From contig JBAXBA010000041.1 in the NCBI GenBank assembly GCA_037142195.1, forward strand, positions 1 to 29,270: a DNA stretch of 29,270 nucleotides, in the 5' to 3' direction. Shown here in pieces: positions 9,540 through 18,866 of the stretch. Below the pieces are notes generated by a model. The model had not been told where the DNA came from. It did no database searches and was given only the letters and a program-made list of their open reading frames with translations. The translations under genes and the position numbers were made by a program. The first letter of the stretch is position 1, and each line of letters opens with the position of its first letter. The stretch is from Pseudomonadota bacterium. GTDB taxonomy: Bacteria; Bdellovibrionota_B; Oligoflexia; Oligoflexales; CAIMVM01.

Positions 9540-10313
9540 CTATTTAGAGCCGTTCTTGGGCGGCCCTAATAAGGTTATAGCTATGGTCTCCATCATGCTG
9601 CCTGTCATAGGTCGAAAGGAACTGATGAACCACATGAAAGGATCGTTTCTTTTAACGGCAGATTTTTTCTGAAGAGCCAATAGATCTAGAATTTGATCTT
9701 GCAGAGCATCAAATTTCTTTTGGATTTCATAAATGGAGTCCTTGGAAAGTCTGCCAATCGACATTCTGAAGAACTCATTCTCGCGCGTAAAATCCGTATT
9801 AAAGTAATGAAGTGCCCCATTTTTACTGTACTTCCTCCAAATGGGCCCCGTCGGATGAATAGCAGCACTGCTACTGACCAAGACTTTGAGGTCTTTTTGA
9901 GTTTTGAATTCAATAAGTGAATGCGATTCCAGGTCTCTTAATATTTTCAGAGTTGTTTGACGTTCGTGATCATCGGCATTTTCAAAAAGCTCTGCGAATT
10001 GATAGCCACGCGCGATTTTGAAAAAGACTATGGTGTTTTGGTCGTCTTCAGCTAGAAATGCCTCTTGCTCATAAGTGAAAGACTGTTTTTGGCTCTTTAA
10101 TTCTTCTTTTCTGTCATTTAAAAGCTCGGTAATCTCCACGTCAAGTACGCGACAGATATCATCTAAGGTATCTAAAGTCATTCTTTCTTCTGAAAAGTAT
10201 CTTTTCACTGTGACTTCGCTAATTCCCAGTTTTTCTCCGAGAGTCGCGTAGGTCATGTTGAGCGACTTTAGACGAAGGCGAATGGCTTGCAGAAGCTTGC
10301 TTTTTTGGTTCAA
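9540..10313 (-). CDS. XRE/Cro-type HTH transcriptional regulator with long C-terminal domain
   Basis: LK...MTYATLGEKLGISEVTVKRYFS...TLDTLDDIC HTH; TTG start with SD TAAGGA. Confidence 0.85.
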   Translation of the reverse strand: MNQKSKLLQAIRLRLKSLNMTYATLGEKLGISEVTVKRYFSEERMTLDTLDDICRVLDVEITELLNDRKEELKSQKQSFTYEQEAFLAEDDQNTIVFFKIARGYQFAELFENADDHERQTTLKILRDLESHSLIEFKTQKDLKVLVSSSAAIHPTGPIWRKYSKNGALHYFNTDFTRENEFFRMSIGRLSKDSIYEIQKKFDALQDQILDLLALQKKSAVKRNDPFMWFISSFRPMTGSMMETIAITLLGPPKNGSK

Positions 10314-10335
10314 AAGTGAATTCCTTACTAGAAAT

Positions 10336-11343
10336 TTAATTTGTGGTATTTCCTCGGCTCGACTGACTTAAGTGACACGGGAGCCTAAGATCATCTGACA
10401 TTGAAGTTACGATTTTGTCCAATAAATCTTCATGAAGGTCATCATGGTCCACCAGGCATGGATGGAGCCGTAAACAGATAGAAAGCCTTCCTCGCCAGGT
10501 GATGATCCCAACTCCCATAGGAAAGCACGGAGTTCCCGCTGGCGGTGCTAACGATATGGCGGATGGGAAGTTCTGTGCTTGATCTATCTCTGAAAAGTCC
10601 CAACGCCCAACGTTGGAATAGGAGCCTACCCACATATTCTTTTGCCCGCGGGCGATGGCCAACTTTAGAAGCCAACGTTCAGGGAGAGAAGCTACAAACT
10701 TAGCTAGGAAGTGACTTGCTTTAATGCGGCTGGCAATCAAAGAGGTTTTGTAGTGAGTCTTAAATGTTTCAAGAGAGTCACCTCTATTTAGGGTTAAACC
10801 CACTGAACTTGTAAAGTTACTTTCAAGCGTTTGTTCCTCGACGGTCGATCTTACGTTTACGGGAAACAGCCACCTAAATTTTGTTTCATCTTCAGCCGCT
10901 AGGGAGTCAGCGACAATTTGATTGATTATAAATAGAAGCCAGGCATTGAAAGGAAGTTCGCGCTCTTTAAGGCGAGTCAAAAGATTCCTGGTAGACTCCT
11001 GACTAAAAACGCGAAACCCTCGAGCTCCTGGGTGAGCCCCCCAGTCTTTCTCATATTTTTTCCATTTTATAATACTAGGTGAAAAATCACTGAGCATGGC
11101 AAATATACCCACAAAATATCTAAAAATTCCGCCTGACTTCATCCCGAAACGCGGGAGTAATAATCGATACTGATGCAGGTCCCATAGGGAGCTTCTAAGG
11201 GCGCCTAGCCCATCATTAAATTCGTGATGAAAGGACCTGACAACATCAGGGCGACCTTCATAGTGGAAATTAATGTCGAACACATCGGAGCGACCGAGGC
11301 TTTTTTCAACTTTAAAAATACGTCCTAGGGCATCCCGGGTCAT
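10336..11343 (-). CDS. CoA-dependent acyltransferase of the condensation/CAT-like fold (PapA5/alcohol acyltransferase-like)
   Basis: HHEFNDG (HxxxDG), FPVNVR, SNF and SNVG motifs. ATG 11343 forms an ATGA overlap with the upstream GNAT stop. Confidence 0.7.
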   Translation of the reverse strand: MTRDALGRIFKVEKSLGRSDVFDINFHYEGRPDVVRSFHHEFNDGLGALRSSLWDLHQYRLLLPRFGMKSGGIFRYFVGIFAMLSDFSPSIIKWKKYEKDWGAHPGARGFRVFSQESTRNLLTRLKERELPFNAWLLFIINQIVADSLAAEDETKFRWLFPVNVRSTVEEQTLESNFTSSVGLTLNRGDSLETFKTHYKTSLIASRIKASHFLAKFVASLPERWLLKLAIARGQKNMWVGSYSNVGRWDFSEIDQAQNFPSAISLAPPAGTPCFPMGVGIITWRGRLSICLRLHPCLVDHDDLHEDLLDKIVTSMSDDLRLPCHLSQSSRGNTTN

Positions 11344-12446
11344 GACATCACCCACTCAAAAGTAGCTGTATGTGCTGGTCTAAGAAATCCGTCCACGAAT
11401 CCTTCCAGGGACGTATGGTCGGGATGGAAAACCCGGTAGATATCGCCTTTAGTTGCTACTTTTGTTTTAAAGAGAAGATGAGAGCCCACTTCAATATCAT
11501 TCTCCACTTGCATGTAGGCTAAAAGGTTGGACTTCAGAGAGTATGATTTTAGGATGGCTTGTTTTAAAAGTGCTGATTTTACTTCCGCCTTCCGTTTGTG
11601 ACTTACCTTCTTGGCGACTCTCAAAGCAAAGACTTGAGTGCTCGAAAGCGACAAGTTAAGGTTCATTTTCTTAAATAGAACCTTCATTTCTCTAAGTCGG
11701 TTCATGTCGACTAATAAACAAAATGCAACGCCGATCCCATGTTCCCTGAGACAAATGGGCTTAGAATACTCCCAAACGCGTTCTATGTCCTTTGGATCTA
11801 AGTCATACATAGAAGATCCAAGTTCAGCATTGTAGAATGCAATGACTTCTTCTTTCGTGGGGACATCGACGGATTGAAAAGAAGCGAGCAAACTTAAGCC
11901 TGGAATTTTTGGAAAGATCCATGCTTGGTAGGAGAATAGTTTTGAATATTCCAATGTAAAACGCTCTCGCGATAAAGCCGCTTTAGCGGGTACATTGCTA
12001 CTTAAAATAGCGGTATAGAAATATTTGCAAAAGTCCAAATCAGGCAAACTGGGACTTAATCGAATAAATTCGGTAAAAAATTCATAATACTTTTGTCTCA
12101 ATACGGCACTAACAGTCTTTGACACCCTAAGATCTTGCAGGTAGCCAACAACTGCCGGTTTGCCTCTAAGGAAAGAAGATCGGGTACTTAACGAGCCTAC
12201 CGCCAAGAGCGCATTCTCTGGACTTCTAATGCACATTGTAAGGGAACGTTCCCCTTGGACCGCGAGGAGGCCAAAATAGTCTGAACCGCGGGTAAAGGTC
12301 ACTTCAAGACTCCCAGTCGACATGGAGTGTTCTTCCATAAATACTGCCAGTTCTTTACCTTGTGCGGATGTCGCTAATGAAATCATCGGAAAAGATCGCA
12401 GAAGATCCGCGAGTCTTGGTGAGGCATTTTCCATGCAGATGATCAA
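11340..12446 (-). CDS. GNAT-fold acyltransferase-like protein (368 aa)
   Basis: F.R..DYF, G.P..VGYLQDLRV and YTAIL..N..A motifs; TTG start with SD GAGG. Confidence 0.6.
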   Translation of the reverse strand: MIICMENASPRLADLLRSFPMISLATSAQGKELAVFMEEHSMSTGSLEVTFTRGSDYFGLLAVQGERSLTMCIRSPENALLAVGSLSTRSSFLRGKPAVVGYLQDLRVSKTVSAVLRQKYYEFFTEFIRLSPSLPDLDFCKYFYTAILSSNVPAKAALSRERFTLEYSKLFSYQAWIFPKIPGLSLLASFQSVDVPTKEEVIAFYNAELGSSMYDLDPKDIERVWEYSKPICLREHGIGVAFCLLVDMNRLREMKVLFKKMNLNLSLSSTQVFALRVAKKVSHKRKAEVKSALLKQAILKSYSLKSNLLAYMQVENDIEVGSHLLFKTKVATKGDIYRVFHPDHTSLEGFVDGFLRPAHTATFEWVMS

Positions 12447-12669
12447 CGAAACCTCACATTCTAATTGCAGCGGCTCAGAGTCGAATGTTAGTGATTCACA
12501 ATCTCATGAACAACTGATCAATTGACACTCAATCGGCTGATTATAGAGCGTTGACCTCTTTAAAACAAGGCTTAGCTTAAGTGTCGGGTTTCAAAGAGTT
12601 ATGCTTCTTTTTCGATTTTCCGAAAGCAGTTCCAGCGCCCGAGGATATACTAAGACTCAGAAGCAGATA

Positions 12670-12687
12670 CGGCCACTTAAGTGGCCG
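12670..12687. other. Perfect 18-bp palindrome CGGCCACTTAAGTGGCCG
   Basis: Self-complementary; lies between the cytochrome gene end and the start of the GNAT cluster; GCAGATA occurs on both sides. Confidence 0.8.
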
Positions 12688-12794
12688 CAGATAAACAAGA
12701 AAGAATTCCGTCTCATAGTCGCTTGTGTTAACACAGGATTTTTGTCCCATTTTTCCCGACTCCAAGTCTAACCTGCGACTAGATTCAACATAGA

Positions 12795-15455
12795 TTATTT
12801 GGGGTATCTCTTTTCGCAGGCGGCAGGCGTTTCTTGAAGGCGGTCCGGCAAGCTGTCTTTTAAATACTTAAAAATGGCATAGCCCACGTTTATCGCTGCC
12901 TTGTCAGCCCAGGCATTTTGTTTTTCTTCATTTACGGGTTGATCGGTGTCTGGGTCATATTGGATTTCTTTTGTCTTGGCATTTCCATTTTTATAAAAGC
13001 AGATATCTTTAAAAACAGCATAATCAATCATCCGGTCCGATAGCTTTTGGGGCGCTGTAGCTATGAGGCCCTTACAGCGTTCTCGTACCTGATTTAGCAT
13101 TTGCGCCTTGTGCTTTCCTAGGTAGGGTTCAAACTCGGGAGGAAAATTTACCTTAGTCCCTTCCATGGCCATCCAAATAAGGTAGTTAGGGGCGAGCGAA
13201 ATTTTCCTTTGACCTAAAACTACTGGCTTGCTGACTTCAAACTGCTCAAGATTATCTCCTCCTGCCCCAAAGAGCCCGTCCTTAAAACTGGGCACTCGAA
13301 TGCTACCGCCCGAGATCGTGAGGAGATTGGATGCTAAGGCACTTTTGCTAGAAGCATCCTGCCCATGACATTTAGAGCAGGTGGAGTTATAGGCCCAAGC
13401 TCCAGGTGTTGTAAAATAGGCTTCGCCAAAAGGCCGCTTAGCCTGGCCTTGGTCGTCTAACATCCAACGGAGGGGGTTTCGGGGTAGGGGCTTATTGGGA
13501 AATCGACAAAGGTCTTCTTTGCCGCTGGTTTCATAATATCCAGCTGGAACCCAGCTTGCCGCCAAATTTTCCAGTCCCTTGTCGAAAGTAAGACTTTTAT
13601 AACTTCTGGGCATGCCTGAATCTTCCTTCCAGTCACTGCGTCGGGGAACATAACTGTCAGACTTTGGCCAAGTCAGATCCCTATCTACCCAGTAGAAATC
13701 ATTATTGGGTTTACAGTCCACATTAAAATCTGAAGGCGCCTTGTTCCCCAATCGGTAAATCCATTTTCCGGTGAGATTTAAGAGGCGACAATTTGCATCT
13801 CCCGGTGTGTGAAGTGGCATGGGTAATGAACCTTCTCCAGGATTGACTCCCACTTGACTCACACGTTTATACATGTAGGATTTTGCAGTATCCCCAGCGC
13901 GGACAAAATAGGAGGGCTTATCGCGATTGGAATTCTTAGAAATGCTGTTGATATTAAACTGAAACAATTTTCCAGGGCTCAAATCAAGTTTTACCTGATT
14001 GTCTTTCATGGCAAAGCCATCAGGACTATGACAATGGGAGCAGTTTCCTACCATGTATCCTTGTAAAACAAGTTCTTCATTGCTTGCAGGCGTGCCATAG
14101 TCGGTTTCAAGTTTAGGAAATGCTTTAGATTCGGAGCTTAGAAATCCATAATCTTGGAGCCTCTTCACTTGTCCCAACTCATCTGAGTTCACCGGAAGAT
14201 CTCGGCCCCCTTCCCCAACAGCTCTTCGATTGAGTTGTAAGGGAGTAAAGCCAAGAACTAGGTCACGATTCACTTTGTGGCATTCTATACAGCGCTCTGA
14301 TCCGGGTATGGCATACTTTCTTTTGGCTTTCGTTTGGGTATTTACTTCGATATTAAAGATATCATCTTTAAATCCAGTACCATCTCTGTAAGGGGCATCT
14401 ATTAAAATCGCATTGGATTCGTCATCATTCCACTTGTAAGTGCCAAAGAGACTTTCTCGATTGAGATCGCGAGTCACAATAATGCGTGTCTCGATGATTT
14501 TATAGCGAACGCTACCATCTGAAGTTTGTACGGCTTTATAGAAGTTTTTATAGAATCTTGCATTTGCGGGAAGGATAAAGGAATTTGAGCCGCTAGCTAG
14601 AATAGCCTGAGATCTTTTGCCTTCCGGGGTTTCTGGGAAATGGACATAGCGTCCTTTCTCAGCATTGTCTGCCCAGAGGGGATACTCCACAGAATAGGAT
14701 ACTGTCCCTGACTTGGCCAATGCTTTGGAGTCCAAGGTATAAAGGTCCGTATCTTTTAGGGACTTCGGAAGAGCTTCCATATTCGCAAAGTAACTGTCTT
14801 TGTTTTTATCAGAGCCTAGGATTTCAGGCGAGGGTATACAGCTTCCGAGCTCGCTGAGTGTATTAGAAGTTGGCGTGCGAGAGCCTTCTTCCGTTCCCGC
14901 ATTATAGGTTTCACTGGGAAGGCCAGAAGCTTCCCAGCTTCTGAGTTCCTGTGTTATTTTTTTATAGTAATCGGTATTTTGGCTTTTGGCCTGAGGGGGC
15001 ATGGCGCCACTTTCCATGGTGCGAATCATGTCTTTATAGGCATTTTTCAGTCCACGAATTTCTTTTTTCTGCCCATCAGAGAATACTGTTTTGTTTTCAA
15101 GTTGTGCCACAAAGCTAAAGCCACCTACACTGGCAGCCGGCGCCAAATGACATCCTCCACAAGTTTTTTCCACCTGAGTTACAAGATCAGAGACATTCTT
15201 TAAAGAAACTTTAGGATTTTCATTTTCTACAATCAATCGCTCAAACGGAGTTGAGCTGGGCTTACGACATTCTTTGTCATCGTTTTTTTCATTGCCAGCT
15301 TTATTTTGGTCGTCTTCATTTGGGTTGGATGGATTGGGATAGCCTCCTCGAGTGGGCGGGTTTTCTCCAGGGTAGGGAGCTTTAGGGTTGAACTTGGGGC
15401 CGCAAGAAATTAATACATTTGTAGCAATCCAAATGATTAAAAATTTGAGCACCAT
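12795..15455 (-). CDS. Multiheme (4x CxxCH) cytochrome c lipoprotein with an SO2930-like diheme core
   Basis: Lipobox LISC; CGGCH, CIECH, CSHCH and CSKCH; PLWADNAEK.R, IETR, GTY.WN, LGFT..QLNR and MP motifs; SD GAGGAG. Confidence 0.8.
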   Translation of the reverse strand: MVLKFLIIWIATNVLISCGPKFNPKAPYPGENPPTRGGYPNPSNPNEDDQNKAGNEKNDDKECRKPSSTPFERLIVENENPKVSLKNVSDLVTQVEKTCGGCHLAPAASVGGFSFVAQLENKTVFSDGQKKEIRGLKNAYKDMIRTMESGAMPPQAKSQNTDYYKKITQELRSWEASGLPSETYNAGTEEGSRTPTSNTLSELGSCIPSPEILGSDKNKDSYFANMEALPKSLKDTDLYTLDSKALAKSGTVSYSVEYPLWADNAEKGRYVHFPETPEGKRSQAILASGSNSFILPANARFYKNFYKAVQTSDGSVRYKIIETRIIVTRDLNRESLFGTYKWNDDESNAILIDAPYRDGTGFKDDIFNIEVNTQTKAKRKYAIPGSERCIECHKVNRDLVLGFTPLQLNRRAVGEGGRDLPVNSDELGQVKRLQDYGFLSSESKAFPKLETDYGTPASNEELVLQGYMVGNCSHCHSPDGFAMKDNQVKLDLSPGKLFQFNINSISKNSNRDKPSYFVRAGDTAKSYMYKRVSQVGVNPGEGSLPMPLHTPGDANCRLLNLTGKWIYRLGNKAPSDFNVDCKPNNDFYWVDRDLTWPKSDSYVPRRSDWKEDSGMPRSYKSLTFDKGLENLAASWVPAGYYETSGKEDLCRFPNKPLPRNPLRWMLDDQGQAKRPFGEAYFTTPGAWAYNSTCSKCHGQDASSKSALASNLLTISGGSIRVPSFKDGLFGAGGDNLEQFEVSKPVVLGQRKISLAPNYLIWMAMEGTKVNFPPEFEPYLGKHKAQMLNQVRERCKGLIATAPQKLSDRMIDYAVFKDICFYKNGNAKTKEIQYDPDTDQPVNEEKQNAWADKAAINVGYAIFKYLKDSLPDRLQETPAACEKRYPK

Positions 15456-15502
15456 GTCGCTCTCCTCATGAAGTTAGTAAAAACATAAAAACGAAATAGG
15501 AA

Positions 15503-15532
15503 AAGGGTTGCACGCCAGCGCGTGCAACCCTT
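15503..15532 (-). terminator. Stem-loop between pstS and the cytochrome gene (terminator or mRNA stabiliser)
   Basis: Perfect 13-bp stem AAGGGTTGCACGC / GCGTGCAACCCTT with a 4-nt loop and an interrupted T-rich tail on the minus strand. Confidence 0.75.
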
Positions 15533-15540
15533 ACTGGAAA

Positions 15541-16353
15541 TTAATCCAAAGTGATGAAACCATTATTTTGAACGATAGGATCTAGGAATGTTCTATCAGC
15601 CAATTTTTCTACGAGTGACTTTTCAGCTGAAGTTAACTTTTCAGGAACTTCGTAAACATAAAGAAATCTAGCAAATGGGTATTTGAAAGAACGAATGTTA
15701 ACTACGGTCGGTGAAGTTCTACCTGAGGCGTCAGAATAAAGAGGAATAATTTTGTTTCCGGCTCTTTTTCCTGATAGTCCTGAATAAGCTAGCGCAGAGT
15801 CATCTGTTGATGTTTCTACAGATAGTTCGTCCGTGCTGGCAAGTGCTGTAACACAAGCGCCAAATTCCTTAACGCCTGTGAAATGTTTGAAAGCATCAGT
15901 GGTGCCAGAAGCATCGTCACGGCGAAGTACACGGATAGCGCCCGTCTTTTTAGAACCAGGAATAGAAGCCCAATCAGTGATTTTGCAAGTGTAGATGGCC
16001 TTGATGGTTTCAAGGTCTAGTTGGATAGGAAGACCGTTCTGGTCTTTAGCGAGCATCGCGATAGCGTCCAAAGCGATTTTGTGTTCTACAACGGTTAAAC
16101 CTTTTGCGGCAAGAGCTGCTTTAACTTCAGGCTTCATTTCTCTCGACATAGGAGCTATTGCTTGCTCACCAGCAGCTACAGCCTTTTCGCCGTTTCCAGA
16201 ACCTGTTCCTAGGTAATTCACTTCGCCTTCAAGTCCTGCAGCTACGATAGCGTCTGTCATAAGACCCGCTAGAGTGTCGGAGCCTTTAAGGCCAACTGCT
16301 GAAAATGCAGAGGAGCTGATGATTGCAGATAGAGCTGCCAGTTTAAGTTTCAT
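15541..16353 (-). CDS. pstS: Phosphate ABC transporter substrate-binding protein, PstS family
   Basis: Signal peptide; GSDT, GSG.G, MSR, IALDAI, IY...ITDW, RDDASGT...F and YP..R.LY.Y motifs. Confidence 0.85.
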   Translation of the reverse strand: MKLKLAALSAIISSSAFSAVGLKGSDTLAGLMTDAIVAAGLEGEVNYLGTGSGNGEKAVAAGEQAIAPMSREMKPEVKAALAAKGLTVVEHKIALDAIAMLAKDQNGLPIQLDLETIKAIYTCKITDWASIPGSKKTGAIRVLRRDDASGTTDAFKHFTGVKEFGACVTALASTDELSVETSTDDSALAYSGLSGKRAGNKIIPLYSDASGRTSPTVVNIRSFKYPFARFLYVYEVPEKLTSAEKSLVEKLADRTFLDPIVQNNGFITLD

Positions 16354-16938
16354 GTGTTTTCCTTTTAAAAGAAATTTGAGTTCAGGTACAGGCGCTCTTG
16401 TAGCGGAAGGCTTATTGGAAGACCATTTAGCGTGGGTTAAGTTTTTTAAATATTAAGTAAAGATAAGTAGATCGACAGCGCAAGGTAGTGCAAATACGGC
16501 ATTCGACTAAATTTAAGGCCGAAGTCGCTTCCCAACCATTCCACGGTCTGAGTCTGGATATCTGCAAAAATTCCTGTTCCCTGCAAACCTAATTTTCAAA
16601 GTAGTCGCCTGTCCAGAGGGTGCGAGCCCCCTTCTAAATTAGAAATGACATTTTTATCTATTTCGTTCCCTAGCTACCGAACTAAAAATGGCGTTCTTAA
16701 ACTTCTAGGGAATCTTAATTGCCTAGCGTCGCATGACCGTTCCATTCAGGGGATAGGCATATTTCTAAAAAAGCTTTCACATGTGAGTTTTTAAGATTTT
16801 TTTAAGTGTTATGTTTCTAAAAATCCTCAGTCCAAAATGAAACCAAGGATTTCCAAGAACTCTGTTCTAGGTATATAGTGTCTAAGTCTAATGTTTAGAT
16901 CTCTACAAACCAACGAAATTCACTGCTAAAGGAGAATT

Positions 16939-17496
16939 ATGGACATAAAGAGTCTCTTTGCCGATGAAAAAATGCAACTTAAGAAGCTAGAAGAAATTGT
17001 AGAAGGCTCGCTCACTGAAGAGAGGCTTTTAAGTTCCAGGCTTGTTTCTTTGGAAAACGACCCTGAAATTAGTTTTGGGCAAAAGCTAGCCGACCAAGTG
17101 GCAGACTTTGGGGGAAGTTGGGCTTTTATATTACTCTTTTTTGGTGTCATCACGGTTTGGATTAGTCTTAATCTCATGGAATTCGCATTCGGAAAGTGGG
17201 ATCCCTATCCCTTTATACTTTTAAATTTGGTGCTGTCTTGTACTGCTGCTCTGCAAGCTCCCATCATTATGATGAGCCAGAACCGGCAAGAAGAAAAAGA
17301 TAGGCGCCGGGCTAGAGGTGACTTTATGATCAATATGAAAGCGGAAATGGAAGTCAGAAATCTCCATGGCAAGATTGACCTCCTTCTTACTGAACAAATG
17401 CAGTCCCTATTTAGAGTCCAAGAAGCCCAGTTAGAGTTATTAAACGAGATCACTCAAAAGTTGGAATCTCTTTCCACTCCGACTAAACAATTCTAA
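16939..17496 (+). CDS. DUF1003 domain membrane protein
   Basis: GQKLAD.VA.FGGSW.FI and DPYPFILLNL.LS..AA.QAPIIMMSQNRQ signature. Confidence 0.92.
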   Translation: MDIKSLFADEKMQLKKLEEIVEGSLTEERLLSSRLVSLENDPEISFGQKLADQVADFGGSWAFILLFFGVITVWISLNLMEFAFGKWDPYPFILLNLVLSCTAALQAPIIMMSQNRQEEKDRRRARGDFMINMKAEMEVRNLHGKIDLLLTEQMQSLFRVQEAQLELLNEITQKLESLSTPTKQF

Positions 17497-17616
17497 CTGC
17501 CGTCTCTAACCATGAGGCTCGCTTCTAAGTTACCTGCCCTCGTTTCATTTCAAATGGGCAGGATACCTCGCGGATTCAGGTTTGAAATGGAGGCGACTTA
17601 GGATACTATTTTCGTC

Positions 17617-17976
17617 ATGTACAAACTGTTATTTGCCATATTAGGTTGGATATTTGTGGTGGTGGGAGTGGTGGGAATTTTTCTTCCCTTGCTTCCGACG
17701 ACTCCATTCCTCTTGCTTGCTGCCTATTGTTTCAATAAAAGCTCCGATCGATTCCATAGCTGGTTGCTCAGTCATAAGATTTTAGGACCTCCCGTAAAAA
17801 ACTGGCAAGATTACAGGATCATATCTAGAAAAGCTAAATGGACAGCGACTGCTCTGATGTCCACCTCTGCCGCTTATTTGTTATATAAAGATTCCATACC
17901 CCTCTATGCTAGACTTGCAGCGCTCCTATCCCTCACTCTGGTCACAGTATTTTTGTGGCGGCAACGAAGTGTTTAA
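17617..17976 (+). CDS. YbaN/DUF454 family inner membrane protein
   Basis: GIFLPLLPTTPFLLLAA.CF.KSS.RFH.WL..H...GP signature. Confidence 0.92.
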   Translation: MYKLLFAILGWIFVVVGVVGIFLPLLPTTPFLLLAAYCFNKSSDRFHSWLLSHKILGPPVKNWQDYRIISRKAKWTATALMSTSAAYLLYKDSIPLYARLAALLSLTLVTVFLWRQRSV

Positions 17977-17998
17977 ATTTTCAATTTAGGTGATCCTT

Positions 17999-18457
17999 AT
18001 GAATGAATTGAGACCAAGAGAGCTAAAGATGACCGTTCTAGCGACACCTGACATGGTGAACTTTTCAGGCAATATCCACGGGGGCTCGGTCTTAAAGCTT
18101 CTAGACCAGGTTGCCTACAGCTGCGCCGCACAGTATTCCAAAGAATATTGCGTGACACTTGCCGTGGAGCGAGTTGTTTTTAGAGGTCCTATCCATGTGG
18201 GGGAGCTGGTCAGCTTTTTAGCACTCGTCAATTACGTCGGCCGGACTTCCATGGAGATCGGGATAAAAGTCATCGCTCAAGCTCCCAGAGAAGATTCCGT
18301 GCGACACGTGGTGTCCTGCTTTTTCACCATGGTAGCTGTTGATGAAAACAGGCGTCCTACGCAAATCGAGCCCTTTTCCCCTTCCACCCCAGAAGAACAA
18401 AGGCGCTGGCAAGCTGCGGAAGGAAGAAGACAAAAGACAGGCAAAAGAAATGATTAA
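17999..18457 (+). CDS. Acyl-CoA thioesterase, hotdog fold (YciA-like)
   Basis: NFSGNIHGG..LK.LD, VNYVGRTSMEIG and FTMVAVD motifs; ATG at 17999 (GTG 17990 alternative). Confidence 0.9.
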   Translation: MNELRPRELKMTVLATPDMVNFSGNIHGGSVLKLLDQVAYSCAAQYSKEYCVTLAVERVVFRGPIHVGELVSFLALVNYVGRTSMEIGIKVIAQAPREDSVRHVVSCFFTMVAVDENRRPTQIEPFSPSTPEEQRRWQAAEGRRQKTGKRND

Positions 18458-18866
18458 GATTACCGAAAAGATCATCATTCCTGAGTTTGAATTTGAGTTT
18501 ACCTTTGCCAGGTCGAGCGGTGCAGGTGGACAAAACGTCAATAAAGTAAGCTCAAAGGCGTACTTAAGGTGGAACCTCTTTAACTCTCAAAGTCTTTCTC
18601 CTGAAGTCAAAGATCGGTTTCTTAGTGCCTTTCAAAGTCGAATTACAGAATCAGGAGATGTGGTTCTCTATAGCGATGAATACCGAGATCAACCGAGAAA
18701 CATTCAGTGCTGCAAAGACAAGCTTCGAGATATGGTTTTGCAAGTTTTTTTTCCTCCCAAGCCCAGAAAGAAAACCAAACCTACCTACTCTTCCAAGCAG
18801 AGACGTCTCGAAGGTAAAACCATTCAAAAGAAGCGTAAGCAGGATAGAAAGTCTGTTGTCTGGTAG
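18450..18866 (+). CDS. arfB: Alternative ribosome-rescue peptidyl-tRNA hydrolase ArfB
   Basis: RSSGAGGQNVNKVSSK with GGQ, R.Q..N, and basic tail PKPRKKTKPT.SSKQRRL..K; ATG 18450 overlaps the end of the thioesterase. Confidence 0.93.
   Translation: MIKITEKIIIPEFEFEFTFARSSGAGGQNVNKVSSKAYLRWNLFNSQSLSPEVKDRFLSAFQSRITESGDVVLYSDEYRDQPRNIQCCKDKLRDMVLQVFFPPKPRKKTKPTYSSKQRRLEGKTIQKKRKQDRKSVVW

Noticed and set aside
12522..12547. TTGACA...TATAGA sigma70-like promoter on the plus strand
   Set aside because: The spacer is only 14 bp and no plus-strand gene follows.
16778..16787. Palindrome TCACATGTGA between pstS and DUF1003
   Set aside because: Only 10 bp, lacks the CRP/FNR spacing, and is expected by chance in 29 kb.
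18339..18449. N-terminal extension of ArfB in the ORF track
   Set aside because: Lies inside the thioesterase gene; ArfB homology starts at ATG 18450.
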